Shown here one piece after another: positions 29,534 to 40,263 of a DNA stretch of 64,000 nt. The DNA comes from Chthoniobacterales bacterium (lineage in GTDB: Bacteria > Verrucomicrobiota > Verrucomicrobiia > Chthoniobacterales > Chthoniobacteraceae): the NCBI GenBank assembly GCA_038207335.1, contig JBBQZX010000001.1, forward strand, positions 64,001 to 128,000, in the 5' to 3' direction. A program made the translations under genes and the position numbers. Position 1 is the first letter of the stretch. Each line of letters starts with the position of its first letter. The notes under the pieces were generated by a model. That model was not told the origin of the DNA. It saw only the letters and a list, made by a program, of their open reading frames with translations, and searched no databases.

Positions 29534-29719
29534 GAAAATTGGGGAGGCGGTGCGAGAAAAAGCGCGCTCGTTGAAGCAGGCGCGCGCCACTCGTGCAACG
29601 TGTTTTGCGCTCCGCCATGAATTTGGCATCGGGCATTCCCTCACTCGCACGCGAATCGCGAAACTTCCCGGCCCGTGCTGGACGCTCCGCAAGCCGCGCT
29701 CTAAGCTCTTCCCTCCAAA

Positions 29720-30514
29720 ATGAAACGGCTGCCACTCCTGCTGCTCGCCAGCGTCCTACTTTCCTCCACATTGCTGAATGCTGCGGATCCCGCCCTGCAA
29801 AACGGCTCATTCGAGCTGCCGAAAGTCGAAAAGCGTATGACCGAAATGGAGGGCGGCAATCCCTGCCTCACCGATCAGCCTACCGATTGGGCGCACTTCA
29901 TCCTCCGGGCCGGGAAAAAAGAAGGCAGTCTCGCGATGGGCATGACCGACGAAATCGCGCGCACCGGCAAGCAGTCGATCTACTTCGACTTTGATAAACT
30001 GAAAGCCCGTGGCTGGACGGCGATGCTCATGACGAGCCTCATCCCCGCGAAGGCACTCCAGCCGTATAAAATCTCGCTGTGGGGGCGGCTGGATCGCAAG
30101 CGCCCAATCACGCTCGACCAGCGCCGCCCGTATCTGCGATTCAACGTCGAATTCTACAAAGCCGACGAAGAGACGCAGGTCGGCGAAACCGAATATCGCA
30201 CCGTTCGGATTCCTGGGAGTCTCGGCAAGCTGCTCTTCACCAGCGCGAAATGGTCGCAGGCATACGGAATCGTTCGCGCTCCGGAAGGCGCCGAACTCAT
30301 GAAAATCACAATTGCGTGTGAAGCCCCTTCCGGTGAGAGCGACACCGACGGCACGATTTTTTTCGACGACGCGACCATCGAGGAGCTGCCGGACGATTTC
30401 CCTATCGCGCCCTCGAATGAAATCATCATCGAGGACGAGACCAGCGAGGCGCCGGAACCGCTGGAGCCCACTGAGGTGGAGCCCGCGCCCGTGCCGACTC
30501 CAGAGAAAAAGTAG
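29720..30514 (+). CDS. Secreted hypothetical protein, possible carbohydrate-binding jelly roll
   Basis: Signal peptide, LQNGSFE, ARTGKQS, IFFDD, acidic Pro-rich tail. Confidence 0.7.
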   Translation: MKRLPLLLLASVLLSSTLLNAADPALQNGSFELPKVEKRMTEMEGGNPCLTDQPTDWAHFILRAGKKEGSLAMGMTDEIARTGKQSIYFDFDKLKARGWTAMLMTSLIPAKALQPYKISLWGRLDRKRPITLDQRRPYLRFNVEFYKADEETQVGETEYRTVRIPGSLGKLLFTSAKWSQAYGIVRAPEGAELMKITIACEAPSGESDTDGTIFFDDATIEELPDDFPIAPSNEIIIEDETSEAPEPLEPTEVEPAPVPTPEKK

Positions 30515-30523
30515 CGCTGCGCA

Positions 30524-31765
30524 GTGATCATGAATCGACGGGCATTCCTCGCCTCCATAGTTGCCGCGGCTCTCGCTCCTGCGCTCCGTGCATCGCAGTC
30601 GCCGCGCCGCATCCTGCTGCGCTCCTCGTGGCAGACGGTGAATATCGGCGACATCGGCCACACGCCCGGCGTCTTGGCGCTGCTCCGGGAATATCTCCCG
30701 GACGCCGAAATCACGCTTTGGCCGGGCAGCGTCGGAGATGGAGTCGAGGAGATGCTTCGGCGAAATTTTCCCGCGCTGCGTTTTGCGCTCACCGCTGGAG
30801 ATGTGGCGCGGGCATTCGTCGAGTGCGACTTTTTTCTCCACGGCTCCGGTCCGTCGCTGGTCGCGCAAAAGCATCTCGCAAAATGGGTGGCCGAAACCGG
30901 TAAGCCGTACGGGATTTACGGCATCACGTTCAGCGCGGTGGATCCCGAAGCGGTGCGTCTGCTGAGCGGCGCGCGTTTCGTGTTCTTTCGCGACAGCGTC
31001 TCGCTCGACTTTGCAAAAACGAACGGCGTCGCGTGCCCAGTTATGGAATTTGGCCCCGACGGTGCATTTGCGGCGGATGTGCGCGACGAAGAGTCAGCGA
31101 CCGCATTTCTCCACGCGCACGGGTTGGAGGATGGCAAATTCCTCTGCGTCATCCCTCGTTTTCGCAACACGCCGTACTGGAAAATCCGCGGGCACGCGAT
31201 GACAGCCGCGGACGATGCAAAACACGCGCGCAACGAAGCGATGAAGGAGCACGACCACGCTTCGCTGCGAGCCGCGATGGTCGCAGTCGTTCGCGAGACG
31301 GAAATGAAAATCTTGCTCTGTCCCGAGGACCAGAGCCAGATGGCGATCGGCAAGGAAATGTTGCTCGATCCGCTGCCGGGGGACGTCCGCGAGCGCGTCG
31401 TCTGGCGCGAAAAATACTGGCTCACAGACGAGGCGATCAGCACGTATGTCCGCTCCGCCGGCTTGTTTGGAAATGAGATGCACTCGCCGATCATGTGCAT
31501 CGGCCACGGCATCCCCGCGATCGTCTGCCGGTGGAAAGAGCAGACATCGAAAGGCTTCATGTGGCGCGACATCGGGCTCGGCGACTGGCTCTTCGATCTC
31601 GATGACGAGCGCGACCTCCCGCGCATCGCGCCCGCCGTGCTCGCGCTCGCGAAAGCTCCCGCCGCCGCCCGCGAGAAAGCGCTCGCTGCGCGCGAAATCG
31701 TCCATCGTCGGCAGCGCGAGACGATGGGCATCCTGGCCGCGAGCCTGCCCGTCCGCGCGGAATAA
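30524..31765 (+). CDS. Polysaccharide pyruvyl transferase family protein with twin-arginine signal
   Basis: NRRAFL Tat motif, NIGD, FFRDSVS, GPDGAF, EMHS. Confidence 0.8.
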   Translation: MIMNRRAFLASIVAAALAPALRASQSPRRILLRSSWQTVNIGDIGHTPGVLALLREYLPDAEITLWPGSVGDGVEEMLRRNFPALRFALTAGDVARAFVECDFFLHGSGPSLVAQKHLAKWVAETGKPYGIYGITFSAVDPEAVRLLSGARFVFFRDSVSLDFAKTNGVACPVMEFGPDGAFAADVRDEESATAFLHAHGLEDGKFLCVIPRFRNTPYWKIRGHAMTAADDAKHARNEAMKEHDHASLRAAMVAVVRETEMKILLCPEDQSQMAIGKEMLLDPLPGDVRERVVWREKYWLTDEAISTYVRSAGLFGNEMHSPIMCIGHGIPAIVCRWKEQTSKGFMWRDIGLGDWLFDLDDERDLPRIAPAVLALAKAPAAAREKALAAREIVHRRQRETMGILAASLPVRAE

Positions 31766-31791
31766 ACGCCCATTTACGCGCTCCCAAGGCC

Positions 31792-32523
31792 ATGAGCGCG
31801 CGCACACTTCTACTCTCCGCCAGCCTCGCAGTCCTGTCTTTATCAGCCTTCGCGCGCGACATGACATTCAAGAGCACTGCCGCCCGCACCCATCTTCTGG
31901 AGCTTTACACTTCAGAGGGATGCAGCAGTTGCCCGCCTGCCGAGCGTTGGCTTACGCAGCTCCAACAAAGCCCGCGGCTCTGGAAAGATTTCGTCCCGGT
32001 CGCCTTCCACGTCGATTATTGGGACAACCTCGGCTGGCCCGACCGCTTCGCTGCAAAAGCGTTCACCACCCGCCAGCGCGCGTTGGCCGCGACGTGGCAC
32101 ACCGGCACCATTTACACGCCGGGCTTCGTGCTCGACGGCGCGGAATGGAGCGGCCGCTCACTCGATCGAATCCCCGTGGCGAGCGGCGACGCGGGCATCC
32201 TCACCGCGACTGTCGTCGATCCGCAAAACGTCACTGCCACGTTCCATCCCTCGAGCCGAGCAACGGCGTTCGAGGCCAATATCGCGATCCTCGGCTTCGA
32301 TCTCTCGGTGCATGTGAAGGCCGGTGAAAATAGCGGGCGCGAGCTGCTTCATGATTTCGTCGTCCTCTCCCACGAGGTGAAATCCATGCGAGCCGACGGT
32401 GACACATTTCGCGTGGATGCAAAAATCCCGCCGCACAAAATCCCGATGAAAACCGCCGTCGCCGTCTGGATCACCGAGCCCGGAAATCTGACGCCGATCC
32501 AAGCCGTCGGCGGCGAATATTAA
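31792..32523 (+). CDS. DUF1223 family secreted thioredoxin-like protein
   Basis: ELYTSEGCSSCPPA, FHVDYWDNLGWPD, YTP, GENSGR. Confidence 0.88.
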   Translation: MSARTLLLSASLAVLSLSAFARDMTFKSTAARTHLLELYTSEGCSSCPPAERWLTQLQQSPRLWKDFVPVAFHVDYWDNLGWPDRFAAKAFTTRQRALAATWHTGTIYTPGFVLDGAEWSGRSLDRIPVASGDAGILTATVVDPQNVTATFHPSSRATAFEANIAILGFDLSVHVKAGENSGRELLHDFVVLSHEVKSMRADGDTFRVDAKIPPHKIPMKTAVAVWITEPGNLTPIQAVGGEY

Positions 32524-32658
32524 GTTGTAGCCGGGATTGCCGGTCCCGGCGGCGTACGTGACAGCCAGCGTCACAAGGCCCGCGAGATCTCGCCTTCGTC
32601 TGCCACGTCGCTTCTAGCGAATCGCTGAGGCTGGGGTAATCTCTGCCGCTTCCCCGCG

Positions 32659-35600
32659 ATGCAAAATCTCCTCTCCGCCTTCACGTTTCTCTTCGCGGCT
32701 CACCTCGCTTTCGCTGCCGAGCCGGCGGTGAAATTCAACCGCGATGTCCGCCCGATCCTTTCGGACAAATGCTACCACTGCCACGGCCCCGACGCCGCCG
32801 AGCGGAAGGCAAAACTCCGCTTCGACATCCGCGAAGAAGCGCTGCGTGACCGCGATGGAATCCGCGCGATCGTCCCCGGCGACGTGGACGCGAGCGACGC
32901 GATCGAGCGCATATTTTCGAGCGATAAAAAAGAGCAAATGCCGCCGCCGAAGGCGCATCTCGATCTCACCGAATCGGAGAAAAACACGCTGCGAAAATGG
33001 GTCGCGCAGGGTGCCGAGTATGCGCCGCATTGGGCGTTCGTTCCTTTGCCAGACAGCATTCCAGCGCCATCGGTGAAAAATGAGGTGTGGGCGAAAAACG
33101 AGATCGACCGCTTCATCCTCGCGCGTCTCGAAGCCGAAAATCTCGCGCCTTCACCCGAGGCCACGCGCGAGCGCTGGCTGCGGCGCGCGACCTTCGACCT
33201 CACGGGACTGCCGCCCACGCAGCCCGAGATTGACGCCTTTCTCGCCGATCAAAACGACGGCGCATATGAGCGCGTCGCCGACCGCCTGCTCGCCTCCCCG
33301 CGCTTCGGCGAACGCATGGCCGTGCCCTGGCTCGATGTCGCGCGTTACGCCGATTCATTTGGATACCAGGCCGACATCGACACGCACGCTTGGCCGTATC
33401 GCGACTGGGTCATCCGCGCGCTCAACGACAATCTGCCGTGGGACGAATTCATCACCTGGCAGCTCGCCGGCGACTTGCTGCCGGGTGCCACGCGCGAGCA
33501 AAAACTCGCGACTGCATTCAACCGCATCCATCGCAAAACGAACGAAGGCGGAAGCGTCGCGGAGGAGTTCCGGCAGGATGGAGTCAACGACCGCGTGCAG
33601 ACCGTAGGCACCGCGTTTCTCGGTCTCACGCTCGAATGCGCGCGCTGCCACGACCACAAATTCGACCCGATCAAGCAGCGTGATTTCTACGCCCTCGGCG
33701 CGTTCTTCAACAGTATCGACGAGCACGGCCTCCTCCACGCTCTCGCCAACATCCAGCCGCAACCCGCGCTGCTGCTTCCGACACCTGAGCAGGAGCAAAA
33801 ACTCGCGCACCAAAAAGCCGCAATCGCTGCAGCGGAGGCTGAACTCGAAAAAACCAACGCCGCCCGTGAACCCGCATTCCAACAGTGGCTCGCGGCGCAT
33901 CCCGCTCAGCCCGCCACGCTCCCAGATCGCGCCGCGAGCTTTGATTTCGACTCCGAGAAAAGTGGCGTACTGGCCAACGCCGCGCATCCCGACCAACCCG
34001 CCACCCTTGGCGCCAACACCCTCGTTCCCGGCCACGCCGGCAGCGCGATTCGCTTCACCGGCGACGACGAACTGAAACTCCCCGCAGTCCCGCTCGCGCA
34101 CATGCACGCGCCCGCGACTTTCGCCTTTTGGCTTCAACCCGGCGCCGACTATCCGCGCGCCGTCGTGCTCCACAACTCGAACAGCCCGGATATCAATTAC
34201 AACGGCTTCGACCTCCGGCTCGAACACGGGCACCTGCAGTGGATGGTCGTCCGCGAGTGGCCCGGCAACGCCATCGCGATCCGCACAAAAGCCACGGTTC
34301 CCGTCGGTGCGTGGACCCACGTCGCTGCGACCTACGACGGCTCAGCACGCGCCGCCGGATTGCAACTCTGGATCAATGGCGCGCCCGCCGAGACAGAAGT
34401 GCTCCGCGACAAACTCACCCGCGACACTGTCGCCACAAACGACCTCCGCTTAGGCGCGCGTACCCGCGACCTCGGCCTCCGTGCGGGCGCGATCGACGAC
34501 CTGCAAATCTTCACCCGCGCCCTCACCCCGCTCGAGATCGCGCAACTCCACGACGGGCAAATCCCAGCGCTCGAAAACAGCGGCCCGGTCCGCGACTTTT
34601 ACTTCTCCGCGATCGACCCCGAGACCCGCGCCGCCGTCGCCAAAATTGCCGCCGCGCGTGACACTTGGCGCGGCATTTTGGCGGGAGTCAGCGAGCTGCC
34701 CGTCATGGCCGAGGAGCCCCAGCCGCGCCCCACCTTCATCCTCGCTCGCGGAGCCTACGACGCCCCTGCTGCGCCGGTCGAACGCACGACTCCGGACGCG
34801 CTTCCGCCTTTCCCACCCAACGCGCCGTGCAACCGGCTCGGACTCGCGCAATGGCTCACCGATCCGCACCACCCGCTCACCGCCCGGGTACTCGCGAACC
34901 GGCTTTGGCAGGAGTTCTTCGGACGCGGCATCGTCGTCACGGCGGAAAATTTCGGACTTCAAGGCGCGCAGCCGTCGCACCCGGAATTGCTCGACTGGCT
35001 CGCGCGCGACTTCATCGCGCACGGCTGGGATCACAAACGCGCGTGCCGCCAGATCGTCCTCAGCGCCACTTACCGCCAGACCTCCACCGCCTCGCGCGAC
35101 CTTCGCGAGCGCGACCCCGACAACATCCTCCTCGCCCGCGGCCCCGCCCGCCGCCTCCCCGCCGAGATGCTCCGTGACGACGCCCTCGCCCTCGGCGGCA
35201 TCCTCGAGCCCGGCCTTGGCGGCCCGCCCGTCAGGCCCTACGCCCCCGACGGCTCCATGGGCAAATCCCTCAACAACTTCCTACCCGAATACCGCGCCGA
35301 CACCGGTGCCGCGCTCCACCGCCGGTCCCTTTACACCTTCTGGCGCCGCACCACGCCGCCACCAAACATGATGGTCTTCGACACCGCCACGCGCGACGTG
35401 TGCACCGCCCGCCGCCAGCCCACGAACACCCCGCTCCAGCCGCTCGTCCTCTTGAACGACCCGCAATTCGTCGAAGCCGCGCGCGCCCTCGGCGAGCGGA
35501 TGCTCCGAGACGGCGGCGGCACCCCGGAGCAGCGTGTCGCCTGGCTTTTCCGCGAAGTCACCAGCCGTCCCCCAACCGCGCGAGAGCTCCCCGATCTCGT

Positions 35601-35775
35601 CGCTTTGTATGAAAGTCAGCGAGCCACCTTCACCGACGACCCCACCCGTGCCACCGCCTTCCTCAAAATCGGCGAGCACCCCGCGGACCCAGCCTTTCCC
35701 CCCATCGAACTCGCCGCCGCCGTCACCACCGCGACCGCCATCTTTAATCTCGACGCCAGCGTCATGCTTCGCTGA
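32659..35775 (+). CDS. Planctomycete cytochrome c (PSCyt1) / DUF1549 / LamG / DUF1553 (PSD1) protein
   Basis: FNRDVRPILSDKCYHCHG, MPP, WLDVARYADS, CARCHDHKFDPI, LamG WTHVAATYDG, HPELLDWLA, TNTPLQ. Confidence 0.93.
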   Translation: MQNLLSAFTFLFAAHLAFAAEPAVKFNRDVRPILSDKCYHCHGPDAAERKAKLRFDIREEALRDRDGIRAIVPGDVDASDAIERIFSSDKKEQMPPPKAHLDLTESEKNTLRKWVAQGAEYAPHWAFVPLPDSIPAPSVKNEVWAKNEIDRFILARLEAENLAPSPEATRERWLRRATFDLTGLPPTQPEIDAFLADQNDGAYERVADRLLASPRFGERMAVPWLDVARYADSFGYQADIDTHAWPYRDWVIRALNDNLPWDEFITWQLAGDLLPGATREQKLATAFNRIHRKTNEGGSVAEEFRQDGVNDRVQTVGTAFLGLTLECARCHDHKFDPIKQRDFYALGAFFNSIDEHGLLHALANIQPQPALLLPTPEQEQKLAHQKAAIAAAEAELEKTNAAREPAFQQWLAAHPAQPATLPDRAASFDFDSEKSGVLANAAHPDQPATLGANTLVPGHAGSAIRFTGDDELKLPAVPLAHMHAPATFAFWLQPGADYPRAVVLHNSNSPDINYNGFDLRLEHGHLQWMVVREWPGNAIAIRTKATVPVGAWTHVAATYDGSARAAGLQLWINGAPAETEVLRDKLTRDTVATNDLRLGARTRDLGLRAGAIDDLQIFTRALTPLEIAQLHDGQIPALENSGPVRDFYFSAIDPETRAAVAKIAAARDTWRGILAGVSELPVMAEEPQPRPTFILARGAYDAPAAPVERTTPDALPPFPPNAPCNRLGLAQWLTDPHHPLTARVLANRLWQEFFGRGIVVTAENFGLQGAQPSHPELLDWLARDFIAHGWDHKRACRQIVLSATYRQTSTASRDLRERDPDNILLARGPARRLPAEMLRDDALALGGILEPGLGGPPVRPYAPDGSMGKSLNNFLPEYRADTGAALHRRSLYTFWRRTTPPPNMMVFDTATRDVCTARRQPTNTPLQPLVLLNDPQFVEAARALGERMLRDGGGTPEQRVAWLFREVTSRPPTARELPDLVALYESQRATFTDDPTRATAFLKIGEHPADPAFPPIELAAAVTTATAIFNLDASVMLR

Positions 35776-35793
35776 GCGCCCGAACCTCGCCCC

Positions 35794-37260
35794 ATGACAC
35801 CCTTCCAAATCACCCGCCGCCACTTCTTCTCCCGGCTCGGTACCGGCCTTGGCGCAGCGGCCCTCGCCTCCATGCTCCCGCGCATCGGCGTCGCCGACGA
35901 GACCACCGGCGCACTCCCCGGCTTCCCGAATTTCGCCCCAAAAGCCAAGCGGGTGATCTATCTCTTCATGTCCGGCGGGCCGGCGCAGCAGGATCTTTTC
36001 GACTACAAACCGAGACTCCGCGAACTGAACGGGCAGCCGCTTCCGCCGGAGGTGCGCGGTCAGCAACGGCTCACTGGCATGAGCGGGAATCAAGCAATCC
36101 TGCCGCTTGCGGGGTCGCACTTCGATTTTGCGCAGCACGGCCAGAGCGGTGCGTGGGTCAGCTCTCTCATGCCGCACACAGCGGGCGTCGCGGATGATTT
36201 GTGCTTCATCAAATCGATGTGGACCGAGGCGATCAACCACGACCCGGCGATCACATTTTTTCAAACCGGATCGCAAATCGCCGGGCGTCCGAGCCTCGGC
36301 GCTTGGGTGAGCTACGGCCTCGGCTCGATGAACAAAAACCTTCCAGAGTTCGTCGTCCTCGTCACGAAAAAGGGCACCGACCAACCGCTCTATGCACGCC
36401 TTTGGGGAAATGGTTTTCTGGATTCGCGATACCAGGGGGTGCGCTTTTCCTCGGGAAAAGACGCGGTCTTTTACCTCACGAATCCCGACGGCGTCTGCCA
36501 GAGCGGTCGGCGAGCGATGCTCGATAAAATGGCCGCGCTCAACCGCCAGCAATTCGAGGCTGAACTCGACCCGGAGATCGAGTCCCGCATCGCGCAATAC
36601 GAAATGGCTTATCGGATGCAGACCAGTGTCCCGGAGGTCACCGATATCGCCGGCGAGCCGCAGAGCGTGCTCGACCTCTACGGGCCTGAAGCCGCGACGC
36701 CCGGCACGTTCGCGGCTAACTGTCTGCTCGCACGACGGCTCGCCGAGAAAGGCGTGCGCTTCATCCAGCTCTACAATCCAGGGTGGGATCACCACGGCGC
36801 GCTGCCGCAGAATATCCCAAAACTCGCGAAGGAAGTGGACCAAGGCTGCGCTGCGCTCATCACCGATCTGAAACAGCGCGGAATGCTCGACGACACGCTG
36901 GTCGTCTGGGGCGGCGAATTCGGTCGCACCAGCTATTCCCAAGGCAAACTCACAAAGGACACCTACGGCCGCGATCACCATCCGAGGTGCTTCACCGCAT
37001 GGATGGCGGGTGCCGGGATCAAGCGCGGAATCACCTACGGAGCGACCGACGACTACGGCTACAACATCGTCGATGCTGCGGGGAGAAAGCTCGAGCCGAG
37101 CAAAGAAAAATTTACGCCTGGAGCAGTCCACGTCCACGACCTCCACGCCACGATCCTCCAGCAGCTTGGCATCGACCACACGCGCCTCACCCATCTACTA
37201 CAGGGTAGGCGTTTTCGCCTCACCGACGTCCACGGTCACGTCATCGAGGAACTGATTTAG
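35794..37260 (+). CDS. DUF1501 family protein (Tat-exported)
   Basis: [50 protein letters not shown]. Confidence 0.93.
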   Translation: MTPFQITRRHFFSRLGTGLGAAALASMLPRIGVADETTGALPGFPNFAPKAKRVIYLFMSGGPAQQDLFDYKPRLRELNGQPLPPEVRGQQRLTGMSGNQAILPLAGSHFDFAQHGQSGAWVSSLMPHTAGVADDLCFIKSMWTEAINHDPAITFFQTGSQIAGRPSLGAWVSYGLGSMNKNLPEFVVLVTKKGTDQPLYARLWGNGFLDSRYQGVRFSSGKDAVFYLTNPDGVCQSGRRAMLDKMAALNRQQFEAELDPEIESRIAQYEMAYRMQTSVPEVTDIAGEPQSVLDLYGPEAATPGTFAANCLLARRLAEKGVRFIQLYNPGWDHHGALPQNIPKLAKEVDQGCAALITDLKQRGMLDDTLVVWGGEFGRTSYSQGKLTKDTYGRDHHPRCFTAWMAGAGIKRGITYGATDDYGYNIVDAAGRKLEPSKEKFTPGAVHVHDLHATILQQLGIDHTRLTHLLQGRRFRLTDVHGHVIEELI

Positions 37261-37348
37261 CGGCTCGTTGAAATGCGCGTAGCAGTGCGATTTACAACCC
37301 GCAAAATAGCCCGCTAAAATGTCCCGATTCCGGTCCCCATCCTCTCCC

Positions 37349-40255
37349 ATGAATCGTCCTACCGCTCTTCTCCTCGCAACTACGCTGATCTTCACCGCCG
37401 CCGCTGACCCGCGCAACGACCCCGGTCGCCCCGTCGCCAAGACCGATGCGCTCTCACCGGCGGCGACTGCGGCGCAATTCAAAGTGCCCGAGGGTTTTCA
37501 CGTTGAGGTCGTCGCCGGCGAGCCGGCCATCGTGCAGCCGATCGCCTACACCATCGACGATCGCGGGCGGCTTTGGGTCGTGGAAAACACCAATTACCCG
37601 GACTGCCCCGGCGCGGCGAAGGACAAGATCGTGGTCTTTGAGAGCACGAAGGGGGACGGCAAATACGACAAGCGCACGGTGTTTTGGGACAAGGCGACTT
37701 TCACCAGCGGCATCGCGGTCGGCTTCGGTGGAGTCTGGCTCGGGTCGCCGCCAAATCTGATTTTCATCCCCGTGAAAGACGGCGAGCTGAAGCCCGCGGG
37801 CGAGCCGCAATTCGTGCTCGATGGCTGGGGAAATGAGGACACTCACGAGACGCTGAACGACTTCGCGTGGGGGCCGGACGGCTGGCTTTACGGGACGCAG
37901 GGGATTTTCACCGAGTCGCACGTCGGCACGCCCGGCACGCCGGACAAAGAGCGCGTGGCGATCAGCGGCGGCGTGTGGCGCTACCATCCGACGCGCAAAG
38001 TTTTCGAGCGGTGGGTCGAGGGCGTGAGCAATCAGTGGGGGCTCGACTGGAACGACCACGGCGAGGCGTTCTTCGCGGCGTGCGTGGTGCCTCACATGTG
38101 GCAGGCGATCGGCGGCGGGCACTACCTCCGGCAGGCGGGCGCGGACCTGAACCCGCACAACTACGAACTCATCCAGACGATCGCGTGGGGGCGCTACGAA
38201 AAGGCGGCCTACTGCGGGGCGATGATCTACCTCGGCGGCGCATTCCCGGGCGAGTGGCGCGATAAATTTTTCTTCCACGACATCCACATGAACAAGACGC
38301 GCTGCGAGCAGTTCGTGCGCGTCGGCTCGGGATTTCGCAGCGAGAAAGTCGCGGACTTTCTTGTGAGCCCGGACGCGTGGTTCCGCGGGCTCTCGCCGCA
38401 GTACGGGCCGGATGGCAGCGTGTTCTTCAACGACTGGTACGACCGCGTGCCGTGCCACCAGCAGCGCGCCTTTACGGATCGGTCGAATGGGCGCGTGTAT
38501 CGGCTCACGCACGACGCGGTGAAGCCGGTAGCCGTCGATCTCACGAAGGCCAGCAGCGAGGCGCTCGTCACGCTCCAGCTCGATAAAAATGACTGGCTCG
38601 TGCGGCACGCGCGTCGGCTGCTGCAGGAGCGCGGACCCAAGCCCGAGACCACGCGGATGCTCGAGGACATTCTGAATCACAACACCGACGACACGCGCCA
38701 ACTCCGCGCGCTGTGGACGCTCCACAGCCAGCGCGCGCTCACCGAATCGACCGCACTCGGCGCGCTCGCGGATCGCTCCGAGCACGTCCGCGGTTGGACG
38801 GCGACGGTCGTCTGCGAGGAGGGAAAGCCGTCGGCGGCTCTGCTGAAAAAGCTCATCGACATGGCGAAAAGCGACCCCTCTCCGCTCGTGCGACTGCGGC
38901 TCGCCTCCGCGGCCCAGCGCATCCCGGTCGCAGACCGCTGGCCGATGTTAGAGGAGCTCGTCGCGCATGAGGAGGACGCGAAAGACATGAATCTGCCGCT
39001 GATGAATTGGTACGCCGCCGAGCCCGCCGTCGCCGCCGACCCAATCCACGGCATCGCGCTTTTCTCCGATGCGAATATCCCGAAGCTCCACGAATTCATC
39101 GCGCGCCGCATCACCGCGCTCTCGATCGAAGACGCCGCAAAAGCCAGCGCCGCGATGGACGCACTCTCGAAAACGCTCGCCACCGCCGACTCCCCCGTCC
39201 GCCGCGACGCACTCCGCGGAATGCTCGCCGCCCTAAAAGGCCGCAAAAATCTCGCCACCCCCGCCGCTTGGGATGCCGCCTACGCCGCGCTGCAAAAGGA
39301 CAGCGACATCCAAGTCCGCGACGACGCGCGCAAGCTGGCGCTCATCTTCGGCAGCCGTGCCGCGCTCGATGACCTCCGCGCTATGCTCACCGACAAAAAC
39401 TCGACGCCTGAAAACCGTCGCGCCGCCATCGAGGCCCTCGCCGTCCAGCGCGACGCGGCCTCTCTTGATCTTCTTATCGCGCTCCTTGCCACGGCATCGC
39501 CCCTGCGCGCCGACGCCCTGCGCGCCCTCGCCGCATTCGACGACGCGCGTATCGCACCCGCCATCGTCGCGCGCTTCGCCGAGCTCGATCCCGCGGAGAA
39601 AAGCGCTGCCTTGAACACCCTCACCGCCCGTCCCGCCAGCGCGCGCGCCCTCCTCGCCGCGATCGACGCCGGCACGATCCCCAAAGCCGCGATCACCGCT
39701 CCGCTCGCCCGCGTCGTGCAGGGCTTCAAGGACGCGCAGTTCAACGCGTGGCTGGAGAAAAACTGGGGCTCCCTGAAATCCACTAGCGCTGAGAAGCAGG
39801 CCGAAATCGCGCGTTACAAAAAGTTCCTCTCCCCTGACGCCATTCTCCTCGCCGACGTCAATCACGGCCGCGAAATCTTCCGCCGCACCTGCGCCGTCTG
39901 CCACACGCTCTTCGGAACCGGTGGGAAAATCGGCCCCGAGCTCCCCGGCTCCTTCGCCGACATGGATTACCTCCTGACCAACATCCTCGATCCTAACGCC
40001 GTGATCGGAAAAGACTACCAGATGGTTTTCGTGACCACGAAAAGCGGAGAACTCCAAGCCGGAATCCCCGCCGGAGAAGACGCCAACTCCCTCACGCTAA
40101 AAACCCTCGCCGCCCCCGTCACCATCCCGTTGAGCGAGATCAAATCCCGCGAAGTGAGTCCCAACTCCATGATGCCCGAAGGCCTCCTCAGCGGCCTCCA
40201 AGAGCCCGAAATCCGCGACCTTTTCCTCTACCTCCGCCAGTCAAAGGAACCGTAG
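37349..40255 (+). CDS. PVC-type membrane-bound dehydrogenase-like protein (beta-propeller, HEAT repeats, C-terminal CxxCH)
   Basis: DDRGRLWV, WGPDGWLYG, GPDGSVFFNDW, NGRVYR, CAVCH, IGPEL, SMMPEGL. Confidence 0.9.
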   Translation: MNRPTALLLATTLIFTAAADPRNDPGRPVAKTDALSPAATAAQFKVPEGFHVEVVAGEPAIVQPIAYTIDDRGRLWVVENTNYPDCPGAAKDKIVVFESTKGDGKYDKRTVFWDKATFTSGIAVGFGGVWLGSPPNLIFIPVKDGELKPAGEPQFVLDGWGNEDTHETLNDFAWGPDGWLYGTQGIFTESHVGTPGTPDKERVAISGGVWRYHPTRKVFERWVEGVSNQWGLDWNDHGEAFFAACVVPHMWQAIGGGHYLRQAGADLNPHNYELIQTIAWGRYEKAAYCGAMIYLGGAFPGEWRDKFFFHDIHMNKTRCEQFVRVGSGFRSEKVADFLVSPDAWFRGLSPQYGPDGSVFFNDWYDRVPCHQQRAFTDRSNGRVYRLTHDAVKPVAVDLTKASSEALVTLQLDKNDWLVRHARRLLQERGPKPETTRMLEDILNHNTDDTRQLRALWTLHSQRALTESTALGALADRSEHVRGWTATVVCEEGKPSAALLKKLIDMAKSDPSPLVRLRLASAAQRIPVADRWPMLEELVAHEEDAKDMNLPLMNWYAAEPAVAADPIHGIALFSDANIPKLHEFIARRITALSIEDAAKASAAMDALSKTLATADSPVRRDALRGMLAALKGRKNLATPAAWDAAYAALQKDSDIQVRDDARKLALIFGSRAALDDLRAMLTDKNSTPENRRAAIEALAVQRDAASLDLLIALLATASPLRADALRALAAFDDARIAPAIVARFAELDPAEKSAALNTLTARPASARALLAAIDAGTIPKAAITAPLARVVQGFKDAQFNAWLEKNWGSLKSTSAEKQAEIARYKKFLSPDAILLADVNHGREIFRRTCAVCHTLFGTGGKIGPELPGSFADMDYLLTNILDPNAVIGKDYQMVFVTTKSGELQAGIPAGEDANSLTLKTLAAPVTIPLSEIKSREVSPNSMMPEGLLSGLQEPEIRDLFLYLRQSKEP

Positions 40256-40263
40256 CCGGCTGC

